From NCBI GenBank assembly GCA_904063045.1, contig CAJFCJ010000031.1, positions 186,001 to 250,000 on the forward strand: 64,000 nt of DNA, given 5' to 3'. The notes under the pieces were generated by a model. The model ran no database searches and was not told the DNA's origin. It saw nothing but the letters and a program-made list of their open reading frames with translations. Of this stretch, positions 14,854 through 29,227 are shown one piece after another. The stretch is from Dimorphilus gyrociliatus. Its lineage: Eukaryota; Animalia; Annelida. The translations under genes were made by a program, and so were the position numbers. Within the stretch, counting starts at the first letter, position 1, and each line of letters begins with the position of its first letter.

Positions 14854-17055
14854 TCTTATTCATAAATTATTTATAGTACAACTTTTCATGCAGATCAAGC
14901 CAAGTGCCGTGTATAGTTGTTCTTTACATTCATTATACTCTTTGGGATCGCCATATTTGATATTAGTCTGGCTACGGAATCCGCATCACATAGAACAACG
15001 ATCAAAGGAGTCTGCCTGCAACCGCGTTCTCTTTCTTCCCGCTAGCCTTATAAAAATTAAAGCTAAAAGCTTCCCTATAGGCGGAAAAAAGAGAAAATTA
15101 ACAAGCAGATGTTTTATTGGATCTTAAAAAATAATTTTAAAGCGGGGACGTTTTCTGTCCATTTCAAAAAAAAAAGAATAAAGAACAAAATTTAAGAAAA
15201 TAAAGAAATAATTGAGAAAGAAACGAAAAGAGTACAGTTTACAATGAAAGCAAGAGAATGAAGATATTTCTTTTTCTTTCTTTTTTATATAGCCCACTGC
15301 TGCCAATGAACTTTATTCTTATACTAACCTCTTGAAATTGAATTAAGAATTGTAAATAAATAGGTGTCAATTGATTGAAATCCTACTATTAAATAGAAGC
15401 AGAGTAAATAGATAGGAGAAAAGTTTCTTGGAATAAAATATTAGGATATATTTATATGTTATTTATTGTGGAATAGCAATTTTTACCAGTGGAATAAGAA
15501 GATAAAGCGTAACTAGATAGAACATCATTCAATGCGATAAGATTTCCTATCGTTTTCTTCCAGAAGAGAAAAATAAAGAAGAAGAAGAAGATTAATGAAA
15601 GCAATACGTTGGCTCTATATCAATCAACGACTGCGATCAGTTTATTCTATTTCTAAATCAATCGAATGGAAGATGATACTGATTATCGAATAAAATTAGA
15701 CAAAAGGTAGCTAATTTATTTAAAAAAATTAAATGCTTCACCTTCCGTTTGGCCTATTTTCGACCTATATAAAAGAAATCTCTCGTACTAAACTCTACAT
15801 CAAATTTAAAAGGACACGACCTTTTAAATACTAGATTTTTATGTGATCTAACAACAAGAACGAGTTATCAAGGAGTATAGCTAGGTGTTTTTCTTCTCTG
15901 TACCCTATTTTTCTACACCAGTATTGGTCTGTAACCAGTCAAAATTTTTATTTGGAATTGTTTTTATAAACAAACAATTTCTCATCCTTCACTAGTCAAC
16001 GAGAAACGTCCCTAATTTAATAAACAATTGGAATACAGGTTAACACAACATGCGAGGCGTGCATATAGTATAAACTCGAAAATCTGGCATTTTAAATCAT
16101 TTATGAAGCATAGGCTTTAAGTTTTATAAAATAAAAACACCTTCAGGTAAAATATAGCGAATGTTTCAGAAGAATAAGTATCATCAACAGGCTTTAATTA
16201 ATAGAGTGAGAACTCTTAAAAGACCATAGAAAATGCAACTACAAACAGAGTTATATAAAAAAACAGCTCTATATTTAAACAAGCAACTGTAATTGATCAT
16301 AATACTACTATCGACAGAATATAATACTTAACCAAATGATTTCTATACTTGAAACAGAGATCGGTTTTATTATATTATTCTAAACGAAATGATACGTTCG
16401 TAAAAGAATAAAGCTGTAGGACAAACAAGTTTGTAAGTGAGCTATCAAATGAGAAATGGCAAATAAGACGTTCAAAGCTGGTTTGTTTAATATTTATACA
16501 ACACATACATAGGACTGTAATAATTGAATATAAATAAGAATTAAATTGAACATATTTGTATAAATTATATTAAATAAAAAAATTCTGAAGATTTTATCTC
16601 TCATTCACAATTATAATATTGCTAAATAAATAAGAAAATTTAAAAAAAAGTGATGATAAAAGTATCAAATAGTCTTTAAAAATATAAGTGTATATTCTTA
16701 CAATTTATCAACCTGTTAAGGATAGCTCCAGGCAAACAGAGAGGTTTTCTTTTTGCTTAAATATTTTTATATTACAGTATATAGAAAATATCGTTGCTTT
16801 GAATAAAAGTTTTCTTACCCTAGAACGTATAGGTAAATCGAAAAATTCTTCTATTATTAAAAGGTAATATATTATGTCTAAAATTTCGATATTTACTCAC
16901 AAAAATGTAGAGATCGATTTTATAAAATTACGCACGATCGGTTAGAGAATGTTTTATACCCATATACTCAAGCTATCAATAATAAGTAACACATATATAT
17001 ACTATAGATTTTTTATTTTATAGATTAGTAATAATAGTTATATTTAGAGTATATA

Positions 17056-17058
<3 letters not shown>

Positions 17059-17096
<38 letters not shown>

Positions 17097-17112
17097 CTGT
17101 GTCTGTGTCTGT
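17059..17112. repeat. Compound microsatellite (AT)n followed by (GT)/(GTCTGT)n
   Basis: Directly visible. Confidence 0.9.
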
Positions 17113-18548
17113 ATATAGTACAGTGTAAAAATTGTATATATCTCTTTTTAAATATAAAATGTTAATAGTATTGTATTTTTTTAAGTTCGTATTATATAAC
17201 ATATTAAATAACTCAATAGGTTGATTACATTGTGCAAAAAAAATAATGAAAAACCGTTGTAAAAGATAAACGAGAATATGAATAAATCAGAAAAAATTAT
17301 ACTGGTATTTTTGTATACTATCCGTAATAACATACTGGTATTACTGATGCTATAAACAAAGATATTTCCTTTTTTTAACCCTATCAATTGCTGTTCTTTA
17401 TCATTCCTATATTTTTGGCCTACATTGTAATAAAAGGAAACTACAGCAGTATAAAGTCTTAATAAAACATTTCGTGTTTTAGCTAATAAAATATAGTTTT
17501 GAAAAGAGAAAGAGTGTAAACAATTTCTTATAAAATAAAAGAATGTCTCCGAGCTCCATATATCAATGCTTTCTTTCTCATACTACTGATGTGATTTAAG
17601 GTCAGTTATAATAGCTCCTTTTAAATTCCTTATCTTTATATAATATAAGCTTTTTAGCAATATTTCGAAACAAGCTGAATTATACGTATACGATTCATTT
17701 ATTGTTATGAAGATGTATGTTACACCATCTACTTAATATAAATAAGATGAAAGCTTTAAAATAAATTAAAACTGAAAATTTTTTTTTCGAACGTTAAGAA
17801 TAAAGTTGGTATTAACTGTTTTTTTGTTTAAAGAAAAATAACTAATAAAATCAAAATTCGCTTTCAAAGATTGTAAATACGGGAGCTATTTAACTAATAA
17901 TGCACATAATTACTCGTTTCATTAATATTACTATTATTCGTTAATATCTATGAAAATTTTAAGTAAGGAAAAATATTTGATAGAACTAACAGTTTTGATT
18001 TTATGAGGTTACCTACTCCTACGGAGAGGAATTGTCTGGTGTGACGTGAAATTTAAAAAGTCTTTAATATTGAATATAGATATAATAAGCTAAAAGTCAG
18101 TTAATGAAAGTAATAATATAGTAATAGACTTATGTTCTTATAATGATTTGTAAGTGAATTTCTTGATGAATGTTCCGTCAGCTGACTTTAAGTATAGTCG
18201 ATTCGATTTTGCCGCCAAATTTTAACTGTGTACTAAATTACATAGATGTCACTCATTTAACCGGTAATTGAAAAAGTCATCATTTCATCGAAATTAATAG
18301 TTCAGAAAGGTTGTTGTGAATTTTAATTCATTTTTGAGCATATATTTTATAGATTTAGCAAATGAAATTGTAATTAATGCTATATTCATAAAATTAGACA
18401 ATCTCATAAGTGACCGTTTAATAACCGGTTTTAGATTTTTGCCGTGTCCAAGTTACTCCTATCGAATCGATTATTTGTCGGAAGTTCGGAAATCGGAAGT
18501 GTCATTTTAAAGGGTGCAATAAGCTGCTGACCCTCAAATATTTCAACG

Positions 18549-20218
18549 ATGGGGTTGTCACAAAGGCAGAGAGAAGAGCTGTAAGTATAAATAGTCATTT
18601 ATTGATTGTTAATTTGATTAATCATAAAATTGCAGCCATAAAGCTATTGCTAGTTATTTTCATGAAAACGGTTTGCTGGAGAGTCTGGAAGCTTTTCAAA
18701 AAGAAACGAATATGGTAAATCTATGATTCTAATTGACAATCAGAAAATCTGATGAGTTATTTTCAATCTTTAGCAAGAGTTAGATAATGAAAAGAAGTTC
18801 ACAGGACTCCTAGAGAAAAAATGGATATCCGTCTTACGTTTACAGAAAAAGGTAATGGATTTGGAGAATCGACTTAGTGAAGCCGAAAAAGAGATGACTG
18901 GTGGCTTGCCAACAAAGGAGAAACGTCAGCCTGCGGAATGGATCCCGAGACCACCATTCCTTTACAGTCTCACTGGTCATCGCGCCCCAATCACTCGAGT
19001 TATATTTCATCCTGTTTACAGTGTCATCGTATCTGCTAGCGAAGATGCTACAATAAAGGTATTAACATAATTATTTTCATGCAGGTTACTGATTGCTCTT
19101 TTTTGTAGATATGGGACTATGATAGTGGTAGATGCGAGAGAACACTGAAGGGGCATACAGACGCCGTTCAAGATATCGCCTTTGATCCTCAGGGGAAGAT
19201 TCTCGGTAAGGAACATTTTTTTATTAGCAATGACGTAAATAAAAAGTAATTGTGTTTTTGATATCTGAAATATGTAAACGGCTTACGTTTGTTTAGAGTT
19301 TTATAACTGATAACCAAGTACTTTTTGTAATCAACAGCCTCGTGTTCAGCTGATTTATCGATTAAATTATGGGATTTTGTGGGTCATGAATGCATAAGAA
19401 CCTTACATGGTCACGAGCACAATGTATCAAGCGTAGCTTTTATGCCCCGTGGTGACATGCTGATTTCTGCGTCAAGAGACAAAACTATTAAAATGTGGCA
19501 GCTTGATACAGGACATAACGTTTTCACATATTTTGGACATACCGATTGGGTTCGAATGGTTCGCATTAGCGACGATGGTAGCATGCTAGCGTCTTGCTCC
19601 AGTGACCAAACTGTTAGAATATGGGTTGTAGGACAAAAGGGCTGCAAAGTAAATATTTGTCAACAGTCTTACTTTTTTAAGTTTTACTTAACTTTATCAT
19701 TAAAAAAAACTTTTTAGAGCGAGCTTAGAGATCACCAGCACGTTGTAGAATGTGTTGCATGGGCGCCAAGTGTCTCAAATCCTTCCATCAGTGAAGGAGC
19801 AGCTTTAAGTTCAGATAAGAATGGTCGTTACGTAGCGTCAGGAAGTAGGGATAAATTGATAAAAATATGGGACGTAAATAGTGGTGCATGCGTGATAACT
19901 CTGGTCGGCCATGATAACTGGGTTCGTGGCATCGTCTTTCATCCTGGAGGTAGATACCTGTTATCTGCTTGCGATGATAAAACTTTACGTGTTTGGCTAC
20001 TTAAGTCGAAGATGAATATCAAAACGCTCGACGCTCATACTCATTTCTGCACGTCACTTGGTAAGTAACAATACCTTTCCTATCCCCTCAACCCTTCTAA
20101 TCTATTCAATTAACTCATTAATAAAAAAATAAATTTACTAATAGATTTTCATCCGAGTAACCCCTTCATTGCTACTGGAAGCGTCGACGAAACAGTGAAG
20201 GTGTGGGAATGCCGTTAA
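18549..20218 (+). CDS. PAFAH1B1: Lissencephaly-1 homolog (LisH, coiled coil, 7 WD40)
   Basis: [62 protein letters not shown]-terminal [14 protein letters not shown]. Confidence 0.96.
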
Positions 20219-20853
20219 CCATGACTTCGATAACTAAGTGATTTTTCGATAAAAAAAAAATTAGTGCTTTTTCGAAAAATAAGTGTTTTGCCTCGTTATA
20301 ATTGTTATGTTATCTTTCCAAACGGTTCGACAACTTCAGTGCGCGCTTGATTGCTTTAATTCTTTTGTAAGAACTGTTGTGCGAAACAAAAAAGAAAAAT
20401 CTCGAATTTAGGTAAACTTATTCCTCATTGGTGGAAACGTTTTTTTTTCTTTGTAAATATATATATGAATGACATGTGCAATATTAGAGGAGGATAATAT
20501 TAGGATCATGTCCGCATGCGAGATTTGGTCGTTTTTCAATGTACAATGAACGATTGAGAGTGCAAACAGACAAACATTTAAAAAAAAAACATGGCATGAG
20601 TACAACGATTAACATGCAAGTGGATTAGTTTTTAGTTGTTTCATTTTGACTTGAACGATAATTTGCGCTAAAAAGCGTAGGTTGTTGTTTATTGGTCTTT
20701 TATTGAATTGCATATTTGTAAAATGTTTTACATGAAATTTTTCTGTGCATATGAAAAAGGGCAGTATTAAACATGGAACTATGGAAATATAATTATAAAT
20801 AACCGAACAATTGATTTTCGCGCGACAACTCGCTCGAGTACGAATGACGTAAT

Positions 20854-20874
20854 GGGAGTTCCCCGGGAGTTCCC
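20854..20874. promoter_or_regulatory. Two tandem kappaB-consensus sites (GGGAGTTCCC x2) with an adjacent ATF/CRE-like ATGACGTAAT, 67 nt upstream of the AACS ATG
   Basis: Sequence atgacgtaat-gggagttccc-c-gggagttccc. Both 10-mers fit GGGRNWYYCC. Confidence 0.45.
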
Positions 20875-20941
20875 TCGTTCTGCTTCTGCCCAACGCGTGT
20901 CAGCGACGAGATCACTATTTATTTAACGTTTATCAATTGAG

Positions 20942-23900
20942 ATGGATGCGGCAATTTTGAGAAAACCTAATTGTTTGTGGAAACCCGATAGAACCAAGAA
21001 AACTAACTTGGATACATTCAGGGATCTTATCAACAAGAAATACGGACAAAATTTGCGTAATTATTCTACTTTTGTAACATTTCAATGCTGAATTACGAAA
21101 TAGTTTTCTCTAAGGTTGAATGATTTTGCAGAAACCTACAAAGAATTGCATAGATGGAGTGTAGATCATTATCCAGAATTTTGGGGAGAAGTCTGGGATT
21201 TTACGAATATAAAATATTCAAGATCATATAATCAGGTAATGTGTTAGCTTAATCTTTTAAAATTATTCGTCTTTCCGTCATATAGAATCAGCCGATCAAG
21301 ACTTATTCTGATTGGTAGTTGTTGTCCACGCCTTCTTGCCTTGAACTTGACCTTTCTTTTTATCGATAGGCCTTTGGCAGATTCTACGTTTTAACTTGAA
21401 ATAAATTTAATACTTTTATGTATAACAATTTACAAAATAATATTTTTTACAACAGCTGTACATAGATAGATAGATACGTATCGGGCAACATTTGGGTTAA
21501 AAAAAAGGCGGAACATAATATAGTGTATTTCTAAACAAAAAACTTTAAAAAAAAAATAACAATAAAGAATGCAATTCATCCTAATTATTTTGTAAACTAA
21601 TTTTACGTATATACTAGTTTATATACTGTATATATACAATATAAATTTATATATATATATAGTGTTTCAATATTACGTAATTTTTTTTTATTAGGTTTAC
21701 GATGCTACTGTTAGAATGGATGAATTTCCTCCTAAATGGTTTTCGGGAGCTTTATTTAATTTTGCCGAAAATCTTTTAAAGCATGAAGACGAAGATAAAG
21801 TAGCCATTTATGCGGCAGGTACGAAGTTTTATATATATATACATAAATAATGAACAGCTAATTTAAGATAGTTTTATCATAATTATCTATATAGTCGAAG
21901 GTCACGATGAAATTAAGCGAAGAACGTTTAGGGAATTGAAGGATGATGTGGCCTTATATGCTTCTGCTATGAGAAAAATGGGTATTGGAAAAAATGACAG
22001 GGTTGTGGGATACATTCCAAACTGTATTGAAGCTATTGTTGCCATGCTTGCTGCTGTATCACTTGGTGCGATTTGGAGTAGTGCTTCTCCTGATTTTGGA
22101 GTAACTGGTGTTCTTGAAAGATTTTGTCAAATTTCCCCAAAATTTATTATTTCCGTTAATGGAGTCATTTATAACGGTAAAACCTACGAACACTTGACAA
22201 AATTATCAAAGGTAGCGAATGTTCTACCTGAAGTTGAAAAAGTTGTTGTTATACCTTATTTGAAATTTGAAAATGGATCGTCCAAGTCTGATCTATCTTT
22301 CATTAGAAATGCGTATGTAAAAAATAATATTTACAAAAAAATCAATCAATTTTACAGCTGTTTCTATTAATATTTTCTTCAGATGCTCCCTTGAAGAATT
22401 CTTGGAATCTGGAAGGAACAGCGACGGCACTGTAGATAATCTAATTTTTGAACAATTACCTTTCGATCATCCAGTATTTATAATGTATTCTTCGGGTACA
22501 ACCGGAGTACCTAAGTGTATTGTTCATTCGGCTGGTGGAACATTAATTAAGCATCTAGAAGAACACGCTCTCCAAGGAGATATGAGGAGTGAGGATAGAA
22601 TGCTTTATTATACGACAACTGGTTGGATGATGTGGAATTGGTTTGTTTCGCCATTGGCCATTGGAGCCAGTTTAGTTTGTTACGATGGATCTCCATTGGT
22701 ACCTAATCAAAATATTTTGTGGGACTTGATCGATAAACTTGGGTAAGATTTAGTAAAAGCTCACCAATTGAATACGTGTTTTATTAACAACTTTACACTT
22801 TTTATTATTATTAGAATCACTATACTTGGCACTGGTGCAAAATGGTTGGCCGTTTTGGAAGAAAGGGACATAAAACCCAGTAAGATTATTTTTTTTTAAA
22901 CCTTTAATCCATTTATAATAGATAAAAAGCGTCTCGTTAATGCATCATTTATCTTATTCTTATTCTTATTCTATAGTGAATACTCATAAATTAACAACGC
23001 TACGCTCGATATTATCGACTGGCTCACCATTATCTCCAAAATCTTTCCGATACGTCTACGAACACGTTAAAAAAGATATATTACTTGGTTCTATTACGGG
23101 TGGTACGGACATAATTGCCTGTTTTGCTGGTCAGAATTGTACTCTACCAGTTTATGAAGGTGAAATTCAATCAGTTCATTTGGGTGTCGATATGGTCAGT
23201 TTAGATGAGGATGGAAAAGAAGTTTATGGCGAAAGTGGTGATCTTGTTTGCAGGAAGCCATTCCCAAGTATGCCAATTTATTTTTGGAATGATCCTAAAA
23301 ATGAAAAATATCGAAAGGCCTATTATGATAAATATGATGGCATGTGGGCTCACGGTGATTTTTGTCTTATTAATCCTAAGACTGATGGAATATGGATGTT
23401 GGGTAGAAGTGATGGTACTCTAAATCCAAATGGTGTGCGATTTGGTAGTTCAGAAATATATCAAATCGGTAAAAATAATTATAGAATAACGCGTTACATT
23501 CAATGTATTAATTGTATATGTTTTTTTTTCTTTTTCTAGTTGAAGAATTCAAAGAAATTGCAGATAGTTTATGCATTGGTCAAAAGAGTGCTGATGGAAA
23601 TGAAGAGAGAGTTGTACTCTTCTTGAAAATGGCCCAAGGAAGCGATTTTAATGAGGATTTGAAAAAGAGACTTCAAGTTGAAATCCGTATGCAACTATCT
23701 GCCAGACATGTGCCATCTATAATTTTGTCTATTTCCGATATACCGGTAAGTGATTACACATTATCTGCTCTGCGATAAAGGTCGTTAATTTGACATTTTT
23801 CTTGTATTAACAGTACACCAATAGCGGAAAGAAAGTTGAAGTTGCAGTGAAAAAGATTTTAGCCGGAGAAGACGTTAAAAGTCGAGGAGCATATATTAAT

Positions 23901-23951
23901 CCTAACTCTCTAGATCTTTATTACAATATCAAAGAACTACAGAATTACTAA
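20942..23951 (+). CDS. AACS: Acetoacetyl-CoA synthetase
   Basis: [88 protein letters not shown]. About 10 exons. Confidence 0.96.
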
Positions 23952-24024
23952 GTTTCATTTTGGTTTTTTTTTGTTCTGAAGGTTAAATTAATACAAATTA
24001 TTCAAATTTAGCATCAAATTTTCT

Positions 24025-25475
24025 CTAACATCTTTCCATCATGATTGCGATACCTTGACCACCACCAATACAAGCAGAGCCAACGGCAATATTCGCGTTT
24101 CTTCGTCTGGATTAATAATAATAATGATAGCTATTATTATAATAGGATTACAATAATTACCTCAATTCGTGAGCCAAGTGTGCAGTAATTCTCGAACCAG
24201 AGGCGCCGACTGGATGACCTAGGGCAATAGCTCCTCCATTAACATTAGTTTTTTCCGGATCTAAACCTAACTCCTTTTGGCAAGCCAGAAATTGTGGTGC
24301 AAAAGCCTCGTTGATATCAAAAATATCAACATCTCCGACGCTCTTACCAGTTTTGGATAGAAGGGCTCTGATTGCTGGCACTGGACCAATACCCATTATA
24401 CTTGGATCACAGCCTGAAATTGCATAACCAGTTATTGAAGCAAGGGGCGTCAAGTTTTGATCTTTGACAGCTTGTTCACTGGCAACAATAACACAGCCGG
24501 CTCCATCACAAATACCCTACAATAAATAACATAAGATAATTATAATTAGTTCATATAATGAATTATGATAACAAACAGAAGCATTGCCGGCGTTAACAGT
24601 TCCATTCTTTTTGAATACAGATGGTAATTTTGCTAAACTTTCAACTGTTGCCTTTGGTTTAGGGTGCTCATCAATTTCCATAATTTCTTCACCCTTTCTT
24701 GTTTTAACCTTGATTGGTACCATTTCCATTTTAAATGCACCACTCTCTTGACCTTCAAACCATTTGGTTTGACTACGAACTGCGAAAGTGTCGCTTTCTT
24801 CTCTAGAAATATTGTATTTTGTAGCTAGATTTTCAGCGGTAACACCCATAGGAGTTTTGATCTGTTGATCAATTAAACCTTTCCAAAGGGCATCTTCCAA
24901 AACTGGATCAGTTCCGAGTTTAATACCAAATCTAGCATTTCTCAAAACGTAAGGAGCTTGAGACATGTTCTCTGTCCCTCCAGTTAATACAACATTACTT
25001 AATCCTAACTCGATTTCTTGACAGGCCGTAACTACCGACTGGAAGCCAGAACCACAAAGTCTATTCACTGCATGTCCTGGAGTTTCTGTTTTCATTCCTA
25101 ATCTTATACTAACGTGCCTAGGTGTATAGGCTCCATCTATTGAACTCTAAAAAAGTTTACAAAATATAAATATTTATTTTGTTGACAATTCGTAAAACAT
25201 TAATTAAAATATTTACGTGAAAAACATTTCCAATGACAACTGAATCAACATTTTCTGGTTTAACGTTACCCGCTTCTAAAGCTGCTCTGGCAGCAATTTC
25301 TTGTAGATCGGTTTGAGAAAAAGCAGCTAGTCGACCCCCAAATGTTCCAAATGGTGTTCTTTTGGCGGCAACAATGAAGGCCTTACTTACTTCTGCAAAA
25401 TATTAGTTTTTCAAATGTTTCATTTATAGTTTTATTAATTAAAGAAAGCTTTAATTTACCTTTTGCAAGAGCCAT
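24025..25475 (-). CDS. ACAA2: 3-ketoacyl-CoA thiolase, mitochondrial type
   Basis: VNRLCGSGFQS (catalytic Cys), GGTENMSQAP, NASGICDGA, INEAFAPQ, GGAIALGHPVGASGSRI, SACIGGGQGIA. ATG at 25473-25475, TAG at 24025-24027. Confidence 0.95.
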
Positions 25476-25763
25476 CGTCCTAGTTTCTGTTCGAGTTCAC
25501 AAAATGCTGTGATGAGTGACAAATATCTTGATTGGGTAAAAGTTCCTCTTTCAGCCAATCACCGGCAACTTAACGAAATTTAGCAGACGAACATTGGTCT
25601 AAATGACAAAAGTTGAAATCTAAGTTTAAAGTACGCCGAAGACTTTGTATCTAAATTTGCATATATCAGATAAAATCGTTGTTTGAATTTTAAGCGATTT
25701 AAATGATTACAGTAAACCCTATTAGTATTGCGAAATAGTTGTTTGGGCGATAAAGTAAAAACA
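25476..25763. promoter_or_regulatory. Probable bidirectional promoter between ACAA2 and XPF
   Basis: Only 288 nt separate the divergent ATGs. CCAAT-box cores occur in both orientations (ATTGG 25531, GCCAATC 25554, ATTGG 25593). Confidence 0.55.
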
Positions 25764-28700
25764 ATGGCTCTGCTTTCATATGAAAAGCAAGCTTTTGCAG
25801 ATGCATTTAATGAAGATGGTCTTCTTGTTTGCGCAAGGTAGATTTTCAATTAAACACTTTTTGATTTTTTAAAAAAAAAAAATTTCTAAATTCGCAGAGG
25901 AATGGGTTTGGAGAGAATTTTCGTAACGTTCCTTAAATTATACTGTGATCCCGGTCAATTGGTTTATGTGATAAATACAAATGAAGAAGAACAAGTGACC
26001 TCTATTTTAGTATAACATGACACATAAATACAAATATTTTTCTTTATAGGCCTATTTTATAGAACAACTAGAATTACAAGACGTTAAGCCGTTACCAAAA
26101 TCGATTACATCAGATTTTAGCGTTGCTGAAAGGTAATTTTAGTTAGTTATTAAAGCAAATCATAATATTAAATAATTTCAAACATTTCTAGAGAACAATT
26201 ATACTTAAATGGCGGAGTTCTATTCATAACATCAAGAATATTAGTTATGGATTTATTAACTAAGAAAGTTCCTTCTCAACTAGTATCAGGAATTATTATA
26301 TTTAAAGCTCATAAGTTAGTATATAGACCTAATTATTAAAAAATATATAGTATTTATTAATTTTTTTTAAAATAAAGAATTATGGAATCTCATCAAGAAG
26401 CTTTCATTTTAAGATTGTATAGAATGCAAAATCAGGTAAGTTGTTTAGTTTGTTATTTCACTTGATTTCTTTTGTAATTTGTCTTTTTTTTTCATATTTA
26501 GACTGGTTTCGTTAAGGCTTTTTCTGATAATCCAACAGCATTTATCAAAGGTTTATGCTATGTGGAAAGGGTATTAAAAGCTTTATATGTAAAAAAGTTG
26601 TTTCTTTGGCCAAGATTTCATGCCGATGTGAAAGATCTTATGGAAAAGCATACGATTGACGTTGTTGAAATGGAAATTGAAATGACACCGGCAATGGCTA
26701 GTTGCCAAACTGCCTTACTAGATATTATATCATCCTGCGTTCGAGAAATGAAAAAAAGTCATCCATCGGTTTGTTTCTTTTGATTGATATCTTAAATATT
26801 GGAAATAATTTTCTATTCTTTATATTTAGTTAGACGCCGACGAAGACATTACAATCGAAACTGCTCTATCTCAAAATTTTGATAGAACTCTGAGACGTCA
26901 TTTAGATCCAATTTGGCATCAACTATCTATAAAAACAAAAAATTTAGTCAGCGATTTAAGAATGGTTCGAGAAATTTTAGGGTAAATTACTATTGATTAA
27001 TTATATATATCTAATATATATATATAGAATATGTACAGTATATATTGTTTATTGTACCCTACTACAGAAATCTTACTCAGTACGATGCCATTAATTTCTA
27101 TCAGTTCATCAAATCAATTAGATCCAGCGAAAGAACGTTTATATCTAGTGATAGCTGGCTTTATTTAGACGCTGCTGATTCCTTATTTACGGTTTGTTAA
27201 AATATAAATAAACGAAGCCAACTTGTAAAGGTAATAAACTTAACTTGAAATAATACGTTTTGTTTTTTTAAATGTAAAGGCTGCAAAGCAAAGAGTTTAT
27301 TCTTCTAATAAGAAAACAAAAGCAAAGCCTGGTGTGGCTGCCGAAGCTGATCTTTGGGACGATGAAGAGGAAACTACAGATAGCCCTGCTGAAGAATGCC
27401 CAAAATGGAAAGTACTTTCTGACGTAATTAAAGAAATAAGGGAGCATTGTCAAGATGATAGCGCATGTAGAATAATGATAATCGCAAAGGATATTAGAAC
27501 TTGCAATCTTCTGCAAGAAGTTGTTTTTTTTTTTTTGAATTGTACACTTTAAAATGATGATCATTCTGTTCAAAATATGTTTTTCAGTATCTAAAATGCG
27601 GCGGTAATCAAATGTTGAAGAGAATTAAAGATCGTATGAACGAAATGAACAACGCAGCCAATCGTCGTTGCAAAACAACAAAGAATACAAAAAGTAATGA
27701 GCTGACCTTAACTCAAATGATAACTCACGATTCGTCCGGTGATGAGGTAACTAATAAATAGTTGAATAATTTAAAAGAAAAAAAGAAGCAAAGAAATCAA
27801 TAGAGGTGTCTTTTCCTACAGGATGATGTTAAAACAAAAAAAATCAAAATTGGATTAGTCGATGAAGCGTTAACGGTCTTTCATCCTTTATATGGCAATA
27901 GCGATCCTTATAGTATTTTACGAACTTTATCTGAACTGCAACCAACTTACGTTATACTCTATGATCCGGAAATATCAGTGGTTAGACAATTGGAAATATT
28001 TAAAGCTTGTAATCCGGGAAAACCGCTAAGGGTCTACTTTCTTTTATATTCAAACTCGTCGGAGGAGCAAAGATATCTTTTAACCGTACAAAAAGAGAAG
28101 CAAGCATTTGAGTATTTAATCAAAGAGAAAGCTGTAAGATATTATCACAATATTACACTTTAGTACGTTATCTATTGGGTAATAATGCCTTTTCTAATCG
28201 TTTTAGGCATTGGTTATAAGAGATGATCAAGATGATAAAATGGAGGATGACGACGAGGAGACTTCATTGTCATTTCGCGATGCTCGTGCACCCGTTGAAC
28301 ACAAAATAATCGTTGATGTAAGGGAGTTTCGAAGTAAACTACCCTCTGTATTACATAAAAAGAACATTACAATTGAACCTGCGACTATAGAAATAGGAGA
28401 CTATATTCTCACTCCGGAAATTTGTGTAGAAAGAAAAAGTTTAAGTGATCTTATTGGTTCATTGAATAATGGAAGATTGTATAATCAATGTCAAGCTATG
28501 TGTCGTCATTATCGCAAACCTGTTCTACTGATCGAATTTGATAAGAACAAACCATTTTCTCTGTTACAAGGAAAATATAACGTCTCAACAGAAATGATTA
28601 CGCATGATATAATGGGGAAATTAACCCTTTTAACTTTACATTTTAACCGAGTTAGATTAATTTGGAGCCAGGATGCCTATAAAACTGCAACGATATTTAG

Positions 28701-29076
28701 AGAATTAAAAGAAAATAGAGAACAACCCAATCTAAAAGATGCTCTATCGTTAGAAAAGAGTGAAGAAGAAGCAATGCTATTGGGAGGAATGTATGAACAC
28801 GTCGCCAAAGATTTAATTCTAAAAATGCCCGGTATCAATACAAAAAACGCTTATACAATTTTGAATAAAGTTTCCAATGTTGCGGATTTGGCCACCAAAT
28901 CAAAAGAGGATCTTGGAAAGATACTTCACAGCGATATTCATGGTGAAAAATTGTACACTTTTATGAATCATCACGAAACAAGTCAAGGTATTGGAGTTAA
29001 TGCCACCAGACAAAAGGTGGAGAAGAAGAGGTTACAGCTTAAACCGAGGCGTAAAAAGAATGAAAAACTATTTTAA
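25764..29076 (+). CDS. ERCC4: DNA repair endonuclease XPF
   Basis: [53 protein letters not shown]4 nuclease domain [13 protein letters not shown]...[29 protein letters not shown], and a C-terminal HhH region. Confidence 0.96.
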
Positions 29077-29227
29077 ATAAATGCTATATATTTATATACC
29101 TATGTGTTTAATTAACAAAAAACAGTCTTCAAGATGAATCTTAACAAAGCTCTTTCAAATTTCACTACTTCAAATGGGAATAATATCCTTTCGGTACGAC
29201 CTTCGTCGGAGACCGTGAATTCATTTT

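Noticed and set aside
21237-21694. Unusually long AACS intron with a short inverted repeat (aatcag...ctgatt, ~21285-21312); considered as a snoRNA or miRNA host
   Set aside because: No convincing C/D or H/ACA boxes, and the stem is too short to call.
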